NCBI GenBank assembly: GCA_964016885.1
Contig: OZ024743.1
Location: 116,126,001 to 116,190,000 of the forward strand
Length of the DNA stretch: 64,000 nucleotides
Reading direction: 5' to 3'
From: Eledone cirrhosa
Taxonomy: Eukaryota
Of the stretch, positions 13,913 to 25,746 are shown piece after piece. The notes beneath the pieces were generated by a model. It was not told where the DNA came from. It saw only the letters and a program-made list of their open reading frames with translations, and ran no database searches. Each line of letters starts with the position of its first letter. The first letter of the stretch is position 1. A program made the translations under genes and the position numbers.

Positions 13913-13915
<3 letters not shown>
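13721..13915 (+). mobile_element. Fold-back repeat, family also at 29826-29965 and 36287-36490
   Basis: Palindrome ~13721-13835 (GACGGCAGAGCTCAAGCCGTTTCG / CGAAACGGCTTGAGCTCTGCCGTC), shared tail ..TTGAGTACTCTGGTG..GGTTCCTTAC into (TA)n. Confidence 0.8.
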
Positions 13916-13984
<69 letters not shown>

Positions 13985-13993
<9 letters not shown>

Positions 13994-14225
13994 TAAAATA
14001 ACAGATTAAAGTTTAAGCAAAGAATCGCTGCTTTCACCCTTAACAGGATCTTCTGAAGATCCCGTTAAGTTTCAGAAGATCCCGTTAAGGGTGAAAGCAG
14101 CGATTCTTTGCTTAAACTTTAATCTGTTATTTTAATAAATATTTAATAAATAATATACGGTTCTTATATATTTGATATATATTTATCCTTATCGAACCCT
14201 CTTTGGATTTTAGTCTTCAAATTTA
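13985..14225 (+). mobile_element. Fold-back element with HHR-like core variant
   Basis: Arms 13985-14057 / 14071-14142 read CAGAAGA-T-CCC-GTTAA-GGG-T-GAAA-GCAGC; flanked by (TA)n. Confidence 0.65.
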
Positions 14226-14232
14226 TTATTAT

Positions 14233-14303
<71 letters not shown>

Positions 14304-14329
14304 TATTGTTATAATTATATATATATATA

Positions 14330-15400
14330 TGATCACAAATTTACAACTACTTATTTGTTTTTTCTCTCGAGCGTGTGATGGATTTGGGCTGACAATCAGA
14401 CAGTGATGTATGGAACTGTACCAGGATAGCCGTTGGTTCAACATAACTGTGAAAGGGAACATTTTTAATGCTGTGGATATGTTCGTCTATCTGGGATTTA
14501 CTCTTTCCAGAGTAAACACACTTGACGACGAGGTTAGGTGCCGGCTATCTATAGCTTCTGATACTTTTGTTAAGCTGGAGGTGCGCCTGTGGTTATACTC
14601 TCATATCAGTGGGCGCTCAATCTTTGAAGTGCACAACGCATGTGTTCGAATAGACTTGCTGTACGGATGTTAGACATGGATAAGACACTAGGCATATCCA
14701 GGGTCAGGAACATTTCCATCAATAATTTCCTCTCCAATTCAATGGTATCATGGTAGTATCGTACACAATATGCTGTGTGCTGCAGCAGCATCCCTGTCTG
14801 CCAAACATCGAGTCTATGATCTTGAAACAGTGTCTTCTTTGGTCAGTACAGTAGGCCACAAGAACATGCATTGTATGGAGAGTTGATTCAAGATAAACAC
14901 CTGAAATGTAAGTACCACAAGTGTATTAAAGTCTGCCTGAAGGATACATGTAAAAAAGTCAATATCAACAAACAAATAGGGGAAAATCCTGCAACGGATA
15001 GAGCCCCATGACAAAATATGATTGCGACTGGTTTTAATGATAATGAAAAGAAGCTAATGGTCTATGAGGAAGTGAACCAAGTAGCTAAATAAATGAGTTA
15101 AGTCAGTCAGCTCCTGGAAAGGTGTTCGAAAGAGACTCTTACCTGTGAGGAATGTAGACGCAATACGCGTGTCAAACGCTGGGATACAAAGCAATAGCAT
15201 ACATTATACTCAAGGAAATAACACCTTTGAGTACCCCATTACAACTCGATGTTGTATGTCGCATCTGTACGAATGTGTTGTTCTGCGGTTGGGCTAACAT
15301 AAGCATCAGAAAACATGTCACATCAGTCAATCTCAAGAAGTCGGAGACTTACCTGTCATCATAGGTGACATCAGTGACAGCAACATGAATAAAAAGTATT
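14330..15400 (+). mobile_element. RTE-clade LINE 3' relic
   Basis: FSRACDGFGLTI, VDMFVYLGFTLSRVNTLDDEV..R, LLYGC; downstream C2H2-like remnants. Confidence 0.75.
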
Positions 15401-15850
15401 CATACTCGGACAAGAATTGACTTCCACTATATATATTCACATATTCCTATGGCTCTCTTATGGGGAGAAATATACCCTTACAGTTAATACAGAACAACAA
15501 AATACGCACACTCCTCTTTTCCATTCACAGCCCTGCATATATACACATACACACCCTTATATTAACATACATTTGTTCATAGCTTCGTACTTACAAGCAC
15601 ACACATACTCTTTTACTTACATATATACACACATATTCTCTTAGCTTCGTACGGAGGTATAATAACACACACATACACACATACACTCACACATACACAC
15701 ACGTGCATACGCACGCGCACAAGTATAGCTCTTTATACGAAACTGTTTTTTTTTTCCATTTCAGGTAGACGTGCTCCATCATCCACTTTTCTAAATTTGA
15801 AAAAATATGTTTAAAGAAAAATAACAGATCCATTCATGATGCCATCTCTT

Positions 15851-16080
15851 GGAAAACTGTTGATGCTGGCGTTTTGTGTATGATATATTTATATCATACA
15901 CAAAACGCCAGCATCAACATTTTTTCCAAGTCCACCACGCCCGTCCCTTCAATCTATCTAATTTCTCATTCTTTCTTCTGATGAAGGAATAGCGTCCGAA
16001 ATGTTAAGACCCTCTTCCTGCTATTTCAAGCGTTATCCTAATATAATCCTTCCATATACTTACCGATTGTGTTGTTATTT
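15851..16080 (+). mobile_element. PLE pLTR-like fragment: palindrome 15858-15919 plus HHR
   Basis: TGTTGATGCTGGCGTTTTGTGTATGATA-TATT-TATCATACACAAAACGCCAGCATCAACA followed by HHR. Confidence 0.7.
15974..16009 (+). ncRNA. Minimal type-I hammerhead ribozyme
   Basis: TCTT-CTGATGA-A-GGA-ATAGCG-TCC-GAAA-TG-T-T-AAGA. Confidence 0.8.
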
Positions 16081-16104
16081 CTGTTTACCTTTTACACACA
16101 CATA

Positions 16105-16142
<38 letters not shown>

Positions 16143-16589
16143 TATATATATTATATATATATATATATAGATAGATAGTTATATAGATATGTCTGTGTGT
16201 TTGTGTGTACTTATAAGATATACATACTGTATCCATATGTATGCCTATACATATATTAATAGGTGTTATACATACGCATATGGGCGTGTATTTCAGCTGA
16301 ATTATTGCTACGAATACATGACATAACATTATGAACATCGTAATTGCTCATGCCGCAGGTAATTACGTTTCTGTTGTTGCTCAAGGCAATGCGTTAAGCA
16401 ATTACGCATTTGATTGTTGATGGAAGGCGTATTTAAACTGCTTTAGTGATTCCGCATAATACTGATGATGCTAATGTTTGCTGAGTTAGTATATTTTTAT
16501 GTCTAGATTTTCATTGTTGTCGCTAAAGATATGTGTATTTAGACTGGAGTTATTATACTTGTTCCACACATATTTACTGTTGCGACTCT

Positions 16590-16745
16590 CTACGATCTGA
16601 GTCCAAATCTGGCCGAGATTAGCTTTGACTTTTATACTTCCAAGATCGATAAAATAAATTATCAGTTAAATAGTGGGGTCGATATATTCGACTTCCCCGC
16701 CCCATAAACAGCTGAATTTGTACCTAAATGATAAATAATTATCGT
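16590..16745 (+). mobile_element. Degenerate SINE
   Basis: CTGAGTCCAAATCTGGCCGAG..GATCGATAAAATAAATTATCAG..TGGGGTCGAT. Confidence 0.6.
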
Positions 16746-16919
16746 TGGGATTGTTTGGCTAAAATGATTCCCGATAGAGCGTACCTGTAACCGAATGCCT
16801 TCTATCCACCACTCAACAGTCTATTTGTGTATCAGAAACTACCTTATCGTCTCTAATCCTCTCTATACATGATTGTAGTGTACGTCTCAATGTATGTTTC
16901 GCTTCCACATCTCTTGCTT

Positions 16920-18215
16920 ACTGCTTGTGGTAATATTGGTTCTGCTGCAGCTGTTGTTGTTGTCGTTCTTGCTAATCATGGTGTGTGTGTTGTGTTGGTG
17001 GTTTTTGTTGTGTGGTGCTGGTGTTGGTCGTGTTGTTGTTGGTGCTGGTATTGGTGGTTGTACTGGTGGTGCCACAGCTGTGCCTATTCGTAAGGATTTG
17101 AGCTCGATTTCCAGTGGTGCGGTCTGACTTTGAACAACGACGTTATATTTTAGGTTGCTTCAGTTCACTCAATTAGAAATAATGTTATTTTCTTGTAATT
17201 CAATAGGTTAGCTTTGCCACATCTTGTTTCACGCCGAATCTCTGTGAGAACAAGGTTTACGGGAACACGTGGAATGATCAGCCAATTGTACGATAATTTA
17301 ATGAATAGACTTCCTTTCATCGAATCAACTTGAAAACTTGTTGCCGGAAAGGACGGTCACCCAGTACGTTATTTCGTTATAGATATTTGTTAAATATACA
17401 CGTAATTGATCATGTCTATTACAAAAGACATTCTAGGGGTGATAATATCGTAGTTTCAATTGGTGTGTTAGACGTTATCTAATACGTCTCTTCGTTTTTG
17501 ATATGGTATGATGTGTTTTAAGAAGAATCTGACTGCTCTCTCTTTCCCTTTGAGCGTTCGAGTAGAAATTCACTCGTTATGATTATATTGCTAATGTGGT
17601 ATGGGTTATTACCACATTAGCAATATAATCATAACAATATATTTCTATTAATAGTGTAGATGATGATGTTAATGATGTTCATTAATGATGCTGTTGTTAA
17701 CGGTGAGACTGGCGATCGATGTGTTAGTGTTGACGGTGATTATATCAGATACGCAGACGATACGTCTAATAGTAATTTTGTCTATCATGGTAGTGATGGT
17801 GTTAGAGGTCATGGTGTTGATGCTTCTGATACTGGTGACGTTGTTAATTATTGAAGTATAGTTAGGGTTGTGATGGTGATGGTGGTCATTATGTTAGGCC
17901 AGCTGTAGTTAGGTCTTATGGTAACGTTGTTGATGACTGTGCTGGTGATATTAGAGTTGGTGATGGTGGTTGTGATAGTGTTGGTGATGATTATATCAGG
18001 CACACATTATGGTAACCTTGCCGATAGTGATGGTGGTTGTTGGGGCTTACAGTTGTGGTTGTATTGTTGGTAATTATGTCAGAAACACTAAAGCTAGATC
18101 TTCTATTAATGTTCTCGTTCATAAGGATGGTATTTGTGGGATGATGATGATAGTAGTGATGATGATAGTGGGGGGGGGGGGGGTTATAATGATATGTTGA
18201 TGGTGATAATGTCAG
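16920..18215. repeat. Degenerate (GTT/GGT/GAT)n low-complexity tracts
   Basis: Trinucleotide-rich blocks at 16920-17075 and 17650-18215; no coherent protein. Confidence 0.7.
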
Positions 18216-18563
18216 GCACGGTGACTCTGTGTCTAATAGTAATGAGACAGGTTTATGTCTGTAGGCAGATAAGAGGTTCACTTCTGGAACAATTATTTCA
18301 ATTAACACGTTTGAACCACGTGAATCTGTCATCGAAGCAATGATAGCATGATCTACTTAGCAGAACTTTCATCAATCAGTTTCTCACTCTCTCACCCTCA
18401 CACTATCCCTCTCTTTCTCTACATGTATACACACTATTTTACTGGCATCACTCATTAGACGGCGGCCATGATAGGTCACCGATTTTCGTCGATAATATTG
18501 ACCCGCGGATTGAATCCAGAAGGAAAGACGGATGCTGTGTCACTTACTCCACAACAGGGTCAG

Positions 18564-18670
<107 letters not shown>

Positions 18671-18781
18671 TATATATATTTTATATACTTATATATCGAT
18701 ATACCCATATATCCATATATATATATATATATATAAAAATATATATATCATTTATATACTTATATATCGATATACACATAT

Positions 18782-18850
<69 letters not shown>

Positions 18851-18856
<6 letters not shown>

Positions 18857-19300
18857 AAGAGTGAAGAATAACATGGTCAACACTACAACAAGGGTTTTAT
18901 TTACAGTATTAACAAATGTTTCATTGATTAGGGTGTCTACAAATTGCTAATCACTTGAAATTGTGTCACTCAATTTTTTCCGACGATTTAATTAGGCATA
19001 CATTGTATTTAAAGTTGAGTGACACAACTTCAAGTGAATAGCAATTTTTAGAAAACCTAATCAATGAAACATTTGTTAATACTGTAAATAAAACTCTTTT
19101 TTGTAATGTTGACCATGTTATTCTTCACTCTTTCACTATTATTACTCCAAGATTAACCTGCATAGGAATTCCAGAGAACTCGCAACCTATCTAAGGAAAC
19201 CTCTTGTTGAGTCAAACAACGCCGTACGTTAAAGCCATCCACAATGCGGAGTATTCATAACCTCTAACTGGATTACCTATAACGTTAATTTGTTATCCTA
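18851..19300 (+). mobile_element. Fold-back element with degenerate HHR
   Basis: ~125-bp arms 18851-18978 / 19011-19138; CCGACGA-T-TTAATTAGG..CCTAATCAA-T-GAAA-CATTTG-T-T (18976-19081); flanked by (TA)n. Confidence 0.75.
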
Positions 19301-19426
19301 TCTATATATATATATATATATCCAGGGAGCGCAGTTTCACCCGGGTGAGCACTCGATGTTTAGATCCACGTCTGTATCGAGATGTAGAGCTAGACAGAGA
19401 TTAGTATAATAACCATTACCAGGAAA

Positions 19427-19513
19427 AGGGTCTGACGAGACGTTGATTACAGAGTCGCACTAAATCGATACAGATCGAATCTGGCGCTGATCGGTGGCGA
19501 AACGCGTGTCGCC
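19427..19513 (+). ncRNA. Hammerhead-like motif with expanded helix II
   Basis: GGGT-CTGACGA-G..(~60 nt structured)..C-GAAA-CGCGTG-T-C-GCC. Confidence 0.55.
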
Positions 19514-19568
19514 AACCAATAAACGTAATGAAGTATTAACCACTCGTACTTGTTTTATTTTATTATAT

Positions 19569-19624
<56 letters not shown>

Positions 19625-19625
<1 letters not shown>

Positions 19626-20235
19626 GTAAAAAATTGAACGGGAACAAAACAGAGAGGCAGTACGAACAAAGGTTTATTAGTTTCACGCTCTTGAGAGTGG
19701 GGTGGTGGTGGGGAACGACGTTTCGGGCATAAGCCCTTCTTCAGGTGAAAAGTGTGTGGGAAGAGAGTTCCAAGAGTGTGTAGGGGAGTGGTGGAGAGAC
19801 ATATAGAAAAAAGGGGGTGGGAGGAAACGGTACAAATGAAATTAAATATAAAAGCATGATAAAAATAAAAATAAAAATACACATGAAGTAAAACAGGTGG
19901 TGGAAGGGTGTGGGGCGTGTAGGGGTGGTGGCGGGTGGAGTGGGGAGTGGGAGGCGGGGTGTCCGAGCGGGGAGCGCTGAAGGTGGTGTGTGTGTGCAGG
20001 TGTACGTGTGTGTGTGTGTGTGTGTATGTGAAAGTAAGAGTTGGGGGAAGAACTGGGTTGCATGTTCGGGAAGAAGTGTGTGTGGGGTTGGGTGTAGGTC
20101 GGAGTGTGTGTGCGTGTGTGGATAGAGGGGTGGGGGAGAGGATTCCGGAGGCTGAATATGTGTAAATATGTGGTGGTAAGCACGTGTGTGTGTGGTGTTT
20201 ACGCGTGTTGTGGATGTAGGTGGCGTGTGGGGAAT
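19625..20235 (-). mobile_element. PLE 3'/pLTR fragment, CA-rich, with HHR at 19713-19747
   Basis: AC-CTGAAGA-A-GGGC-TTAT-GCCC-GAAA-CG-T-C-GT; downstream AATAAA and pyrimidine tail into (TA)n. Confidence 0.7.
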
Positions 20236-20286
20236 ATATATATATATCTATATATAATTATAAGTATATAGATATATATGTGTATG

Positions 20287-20973
20287 TTATTATTATTCAT
20301 ATTCATTTGTTCTGTGATGATCTTATTAACACTGGGTCATTTAATTGAATCGCTATCAAGTTATATAACCTCAGATAGAAAGTACTTACCGCAGGTTAAA
20401 TGATGTTCTCAAAAGTGTTGTTTCATACAATTTTGTAATGCTGGGGCTGATGTCAATTCCATCAAGGTATTTTTCGGAGGTTTTCTGACACCGACCCAAA
20501 TACTCCAATTTTAGTTCTTACCATTCTTGCTTTCATTTTCCACATTCTCTCGACGTCTATTCTCAGATCTGCATAATTTAAGATTTTCCATTACCCTTGC
20601 AAGCTACATCGACGATTCCTGTCAGTAACATTTGCCACTAAAGTTATGTCTTGCCTTATATTCTCAACGACGCTATGTGTTTGGATTGGAAAGTGGCACA
20701 CGTTTACCACAGTCTGATTTTGTAGGGTTTATTCTAGATTGTGATGACAACATTTATCACTGGCTGCAAAGACAAATTCCTTTCTTGCATAAAGACCAAT
20801 AGAAGTGTAAGCACACATTATATTCCGTCTGGTCAAGCAGCTACAATTACTCACGATATGTGTCACACTTTCCATCTTCTTCCCACATAAAACTACACTT
20901 ATTTGTTTCACCTGGGTTTTACAAATTGCTTATCACGTCTGTGCTTAGTGGGTGATCTTGAACAGCTATTAAT

Positions 20974-21072
<99 letters not shown>

Positions 21073-21470
21073 CTCTCCCTATCTCTCCCTCTCTCTTTCT
21101 CTCCCTCTCTCTCTCTCCCTCAATATCACATTTTGTCAACCAAGTTGACTTCCTTCGTATCTATTTCAAATTTACCATGTAATTCCATACTCTCCCTTGT
21201 GAACAATTTCTCATCCAGCAACCTCTGTTTGTAGTGTTCTTCACTTTCAGGCTAAGGATCTGCATTTGTTAGCCACAATCTTTCCCGCTTACAAGTCCTC
21301 GACCTCCTATGTTGTGTGGCGTACACAGCCTGACGACGTTTGTCTTTGGGTTCAATGTACCGTTATCAATAAGATTCTAACACGTTAGCCTATCCAACAC
21401 TCGTTCGTCTTTAATCGAATTCAATATAGCCACACTGTATATAATAACGTATTATTATAATAGTTTGTAT
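20287..21470 (-). mobile_element. R4/Dong-like LINE relic interrupted by (CT)n(TA)n
   Basis: LCGKKMESVTHIVSNCSCL (CCHC), WDF/IQT-like remnant, YADLRIDVERMWKMK; (TAA)n tail. Confidence 0.65.
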
Positions 21471-21479
21471 GGATGTGAA

Positions 21480-22300
21480 GTACTCACTAACGGCATGAAT
21501 GTTTCTACCAAAGGCTCCTTCGGCAGATCCTAGAATGCAGAAGCATGACATCTAACACTGAAGTTTTGCAAAGATCAGCGTGCTCTACAATCATTTCCAT
21601 TGTCATTAAGAGTCAGGTTTGCTGATTAGGGCATCTTGTACGCCTGACTGAGGCAAGGCTTCCAAAGGAAATAGTTTACGGAGAGCTTGTGAAAAGAAAA
21701 AAATCCACATTATAAGCCTAACAATGATTTTATTAAGGAAAATATAAAATGTTGTGTTTAGATATAAATGAATTGGGAAAGCAAGTTCTCAATCGTAATA
21801 CAAGGAGAACGACGATTACATCAGGGTGCCAATTATTGAATGAAATGAGAAAAGCAAAACAGGTCGAAAACGGGCACTAATATAGGATAAGTTGATAATA
21901 TTTGAAAATGTTGATGATTGCAATTGCAATTTCTGACACCGTGTCCCTCTCTCTAGGACCGGTTTTGTAAACCATAGGTAAACACATGAACAGACTATGA
22001 CAGGCACAGATCTGCCTTCACATCCAGATGTGACTACTTTTCAAATTTGTAGCAAGACATGTAAGACAAACTCCGGGTTAAAACGCCATATCAAGGTCCA
22101 TCAATATGACATTTCACATACTGATCCAATGAACCCAGTACATACACTGGCATACATCTGTTACTTTCGCCAATGGCCTTCTAAACAAGTTTCTGGATTG
22201 AAAAGCCTCCTCCCTGAACATGGGAGGGTGTAAATCTGCTGGAGTGATTGAGATGATGTTGAGTCGGCTAATATCTGACAAAATAAAGCAACTCATCCAT
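21480..22300 (+). mobile_element. RTE-clade LINE 3' relic with C2H2 zinc fingers
   Basis: RLPKEIVYGEL; ICSKTCKTNSGLKRHIKVH. Confidence 0.7.
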
Positions 22301-23210
22301 GTATGTGTGAATATGTAACTATTTTCATTTACTGTCAGAACGTTATGATGACAATATTGAATCTCCTAATATTCGAATGAACTTACATGACAATGGGATG
22401 TATTTTAAATCCTTGCAAATCCATTCAAGATGTTTCATCTGATAAAGTTATCAAGCTGTTATGATTGCTAAGTAATATCAGGTTTCCAATTTTGATATAA
22501 TTGAACCAAAATAAAGCTTATGTTTGCTGTAATTGAATTCAATTAAATGTTTGTACCTATATATTAACTAACACTTTCTCCTAGCTACAATTGATGCATT
22601 GGCGTTTGCCATAATAAAATGAGGTTGGTTCTGCTCACAACGAAATATAAATACAATTTATTCAGGTAGGTGGTGATATACTGAATGAAATACTTATGTC
22701 CGTTTCAATGCCTTTTTAACTTCCATCTGAGATGGTTTCAAATGCGAGGCAATTTCAAGATGTTGATATTGGATTCATCATTATATATATATAAGTGTGA
22801 TGCTTAGGAGAACAATCTGATACTCGGTAGGAGACATGTCGACAGCAACAGAATGGTTTCGTTTTTTTTTCCTTTTAAGACATCAGTAGCGAGTAGAGTC
22901 TTTTAAATCAGCTTTGAATAGTGGACGTTGGTTACAGCAAATATAAAATGAGCTATCAAGTTGTTGGACCTATATATTTCACATAATCATAAAGGATCAA
23001 CCAAAGAAATAAACTCGGTGGGCAAAAATATGCATATATTTTAGAATACTATCCTTTGCTAATAAGTTCTTAAAAAACCGACACCGGTGTCTGGGTTTCT
23101 AAAGTATTTCCCTAAGCCTGACAAATCCATTTGCTGTGAAATTAATTCTTCAATATTTCCTCTTTTCTTTCTGAGCTGCAAAGAGCGATTGCTAAATTGG
23201 CTTTCGTCGT

Positions 23211-23298
23211 TTAAGTGAACAGACATATTTCAAACTGATCAAATCTGTTGTGTATGTCATTCAGTAGATTCTCTTTATATTGATGAGGTAATTTCCAC
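23211..23298 (-). CDS. Candidate terminal coding exon of an unknown host gene
   Basis: Acceptor TTAACTGTGTTTTCAG|G; reads WKLPHQYKENLLNDIHNRFDQFEICLFT*; non-repetitive flanks; AATAAA at ~22660. Confidence 0.3.
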
Positions 23299-23904
23299 CT
23301 GAAAACACAGTTAAATTAAGTTAGGGGTGTGTTGGTCAAAATTTGTGGCGCACTTTTTTTAATATCACATGTCGTGGTGAATTGATAATACTCTAGGTAT
23401 AAGCTTATAAATATCCTCAGCGAATCAAATCTATCTTGAACAGATAGCAATTTGAGTTCTATTTTCTCCATAAAAGCGAGCGAATGTTCAAACCCCGACC
23501 AGAGATGATACAGTTACCTTATCATTCTATATCCCTTCTATTCCACAGTACCCTTTAAATCATAAAATTGCAAAACATGTTCGGTTGATGTAAATATGTC
23601 TTCTTATAAACTGCACCTGTATTTGAAATGTATATTTTTCACATCAACACAAGCATATGCACAACACAAAAGCACATATTACGCGATGCTCTAATATAAA
23701 CTGTGGGATATGTATGACAGTGTAAACTGACCTCTTTAAACAAATCATTTATACAGGATATTCTTTAAATGAAGTATATGACTTAGGTTCTTGTATGCCT
23801 TTTAAATAATACACATGAGAAGACACAGCATATAATATTAGCGAAAACCATGTTAGTAGACTGCAAATATATATATATTGTTTTGGAGAGAAAGTTCGCG
23901 CCGT

Positions 23905-24090
23905 TTTTTTAGAATGAAGTATTTTGGTAGAATGCTCTATAAATATTGAAGATCATATATAAGAAGTGAAGTTACTATGCACTATATGCATTTTTGTTTT
24001 GTTTTTTAGAACGAAGTATTTTGGTAGAATGCTCTGGAAAATTGAAGGTTATATATAAGAAGTGAAGTTACTATGTAGTATATGCATTTC
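23905..24090. repeat. Tandem duplication, ~95-bp unit x2
   Basis: TTTTAGAA..GAAGTATTTTGGTAGAATGCTCT..AAGAAGTGAAGTTACTATG..TATATGCATTT repeated. Confidence 0.85.
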
Positions 24091-24191
24091 TCCAACCTAA
24101 ACAATGCAAAGACGGTAATCCCAAAATATGGCGATTATTTTGGGTTGTACATGTTTTTCTAACGTCAAAATACGGCAAAACATTACTGTCC

Positions 24192-24250
<59 letters not shown>

Positions 24251-24253
<3 letters not shown>

Positions 24254-25684
24254 GATATTAAATAAATGGAAACTATATTTATAAAACCATATTTATTTCA
24301 TTATATATATTTCAGGGATATCATATTAACAATATGTTATGCCTTCTTCAGACAAAATACAATATAGACAGTTTTATAGATAAATAGATTTGACATACCG
24401 TTCAACATCGACTTGTATTTGAAAAAGTTGATTTGGCAGTGAAAAATTGTAAACAGAAAGAAAGAAAGAAAGAAAGAAAGAAGGAAAGAAAGAAAGAAAA
24501 CGAAGAAAAAGAAGAAAAAGAAGAAAAAGAAGAAATGCATGCAACAAAATAGAGAGATGGAAAGATAGATAAAGAGAAGAATTTCATGTAAAGAAACAGA
24601 GAGAGATATATAGAGAGAGGAAATAGATAGAGATAGATATATATAGAGAAAAGTAGGTAGTTGAACGACGTATCAATGATACATTTATTTATTTATTTAT
24701 TTATTTAGCTCTAGTATTAATGTAAGGGAGATATATGTGATTAGGGAAGAAACCAGCCGTTATATAGAGAGAAAAATGAAAAGTAACCAGACATAGGCGA
24801 GGCAGAATTTAAAAACCCTATGTTTTAATGTAGAAATATTAGTTCGTATAAAAACCAGGCACTATATTGTAAATATCAGTATTACTGAATGAGACACGTA
24901 TCTATAATGTGTGAAAAGTAATGATCTTATGTCTGGTTTTAAAAATTCATATGTTTATATGATAACTACAAACATCGATGTGAATTTACGTGATCAACTC
25001 TGCAAACCCCTATTTCACACGGAGAACATTCTCATTGTGCTATAAAAATTTACGTATACATATATGTGTATATATACACATATATATAGAGTCTATATTA
25101 ATTTTAACAATACTATTCTTGTCTTTACTCTACATGATTATCTATCAAGCAGAAATAGAGAACAGATTTCAATATATTAATAAAAATATCAGAAACAAAA
25201 GCAAAAAATAATAACAATAATAATAATAAAAAATAATAAACAAATAAATAAAATAGAAAACTAAAAAATATTGCATATTAAACATGAAAATATTAAAAAT
25301 ATTAAAAAATATTAAAATAATAAAAAAATAATAAAAATAAAAACATAATATGCCACGCAAATCGACCACAAAGATCAACCCTTCAAAATTAATTGACAAT
25401 ATATTGCCAAGTTCATTATAAGCATTTTTCAAATACAAGTCGATGTTGAACGGTATGTCAAATCTATTTATCTATAAAACTGTCTATATTGTATTTTGTC
25501 TGAAGAAGGCATAACATATTGTTAATATGATATCCCTGAAATATATATAATGAAATAAATATGGTTTTATAAATATAGTTTCCATTTATTTAATATCGTA
25601 AATATACTCCAAATACTTGTTGAGTGCTTTTATATCAGTTATAAATATTTACTAGTTGTAACCCAACAATTTAAATATAACTTT

Positions 25685-25690
<6 letters not shown>
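24251..25690 (+). mobile_element. Non-autonomous PLE-like element with ~180-bp near-perfect inverted repeats containing an HHR
   Basis: IR 24251-24426 / 25425-25600; HHR 25495-25554 TTTGT-CTGAAGA-A-GG..CC-T-GAAA-TATATA-T-A-ATGAA; (TA)n on both sides. Confidence 0.8.

Positions 25691-25745
<55 letters not shown>

Positions 25746-25746
<1 letters not shown>

Noticed and set aside
13721-14142. CRISPR-like repeats or DNA-transposon MITEs
   Set aside because: No repeat-spacer periodicity; asymmetric tails and HHR or PLE homology favour pLTR fold-backs
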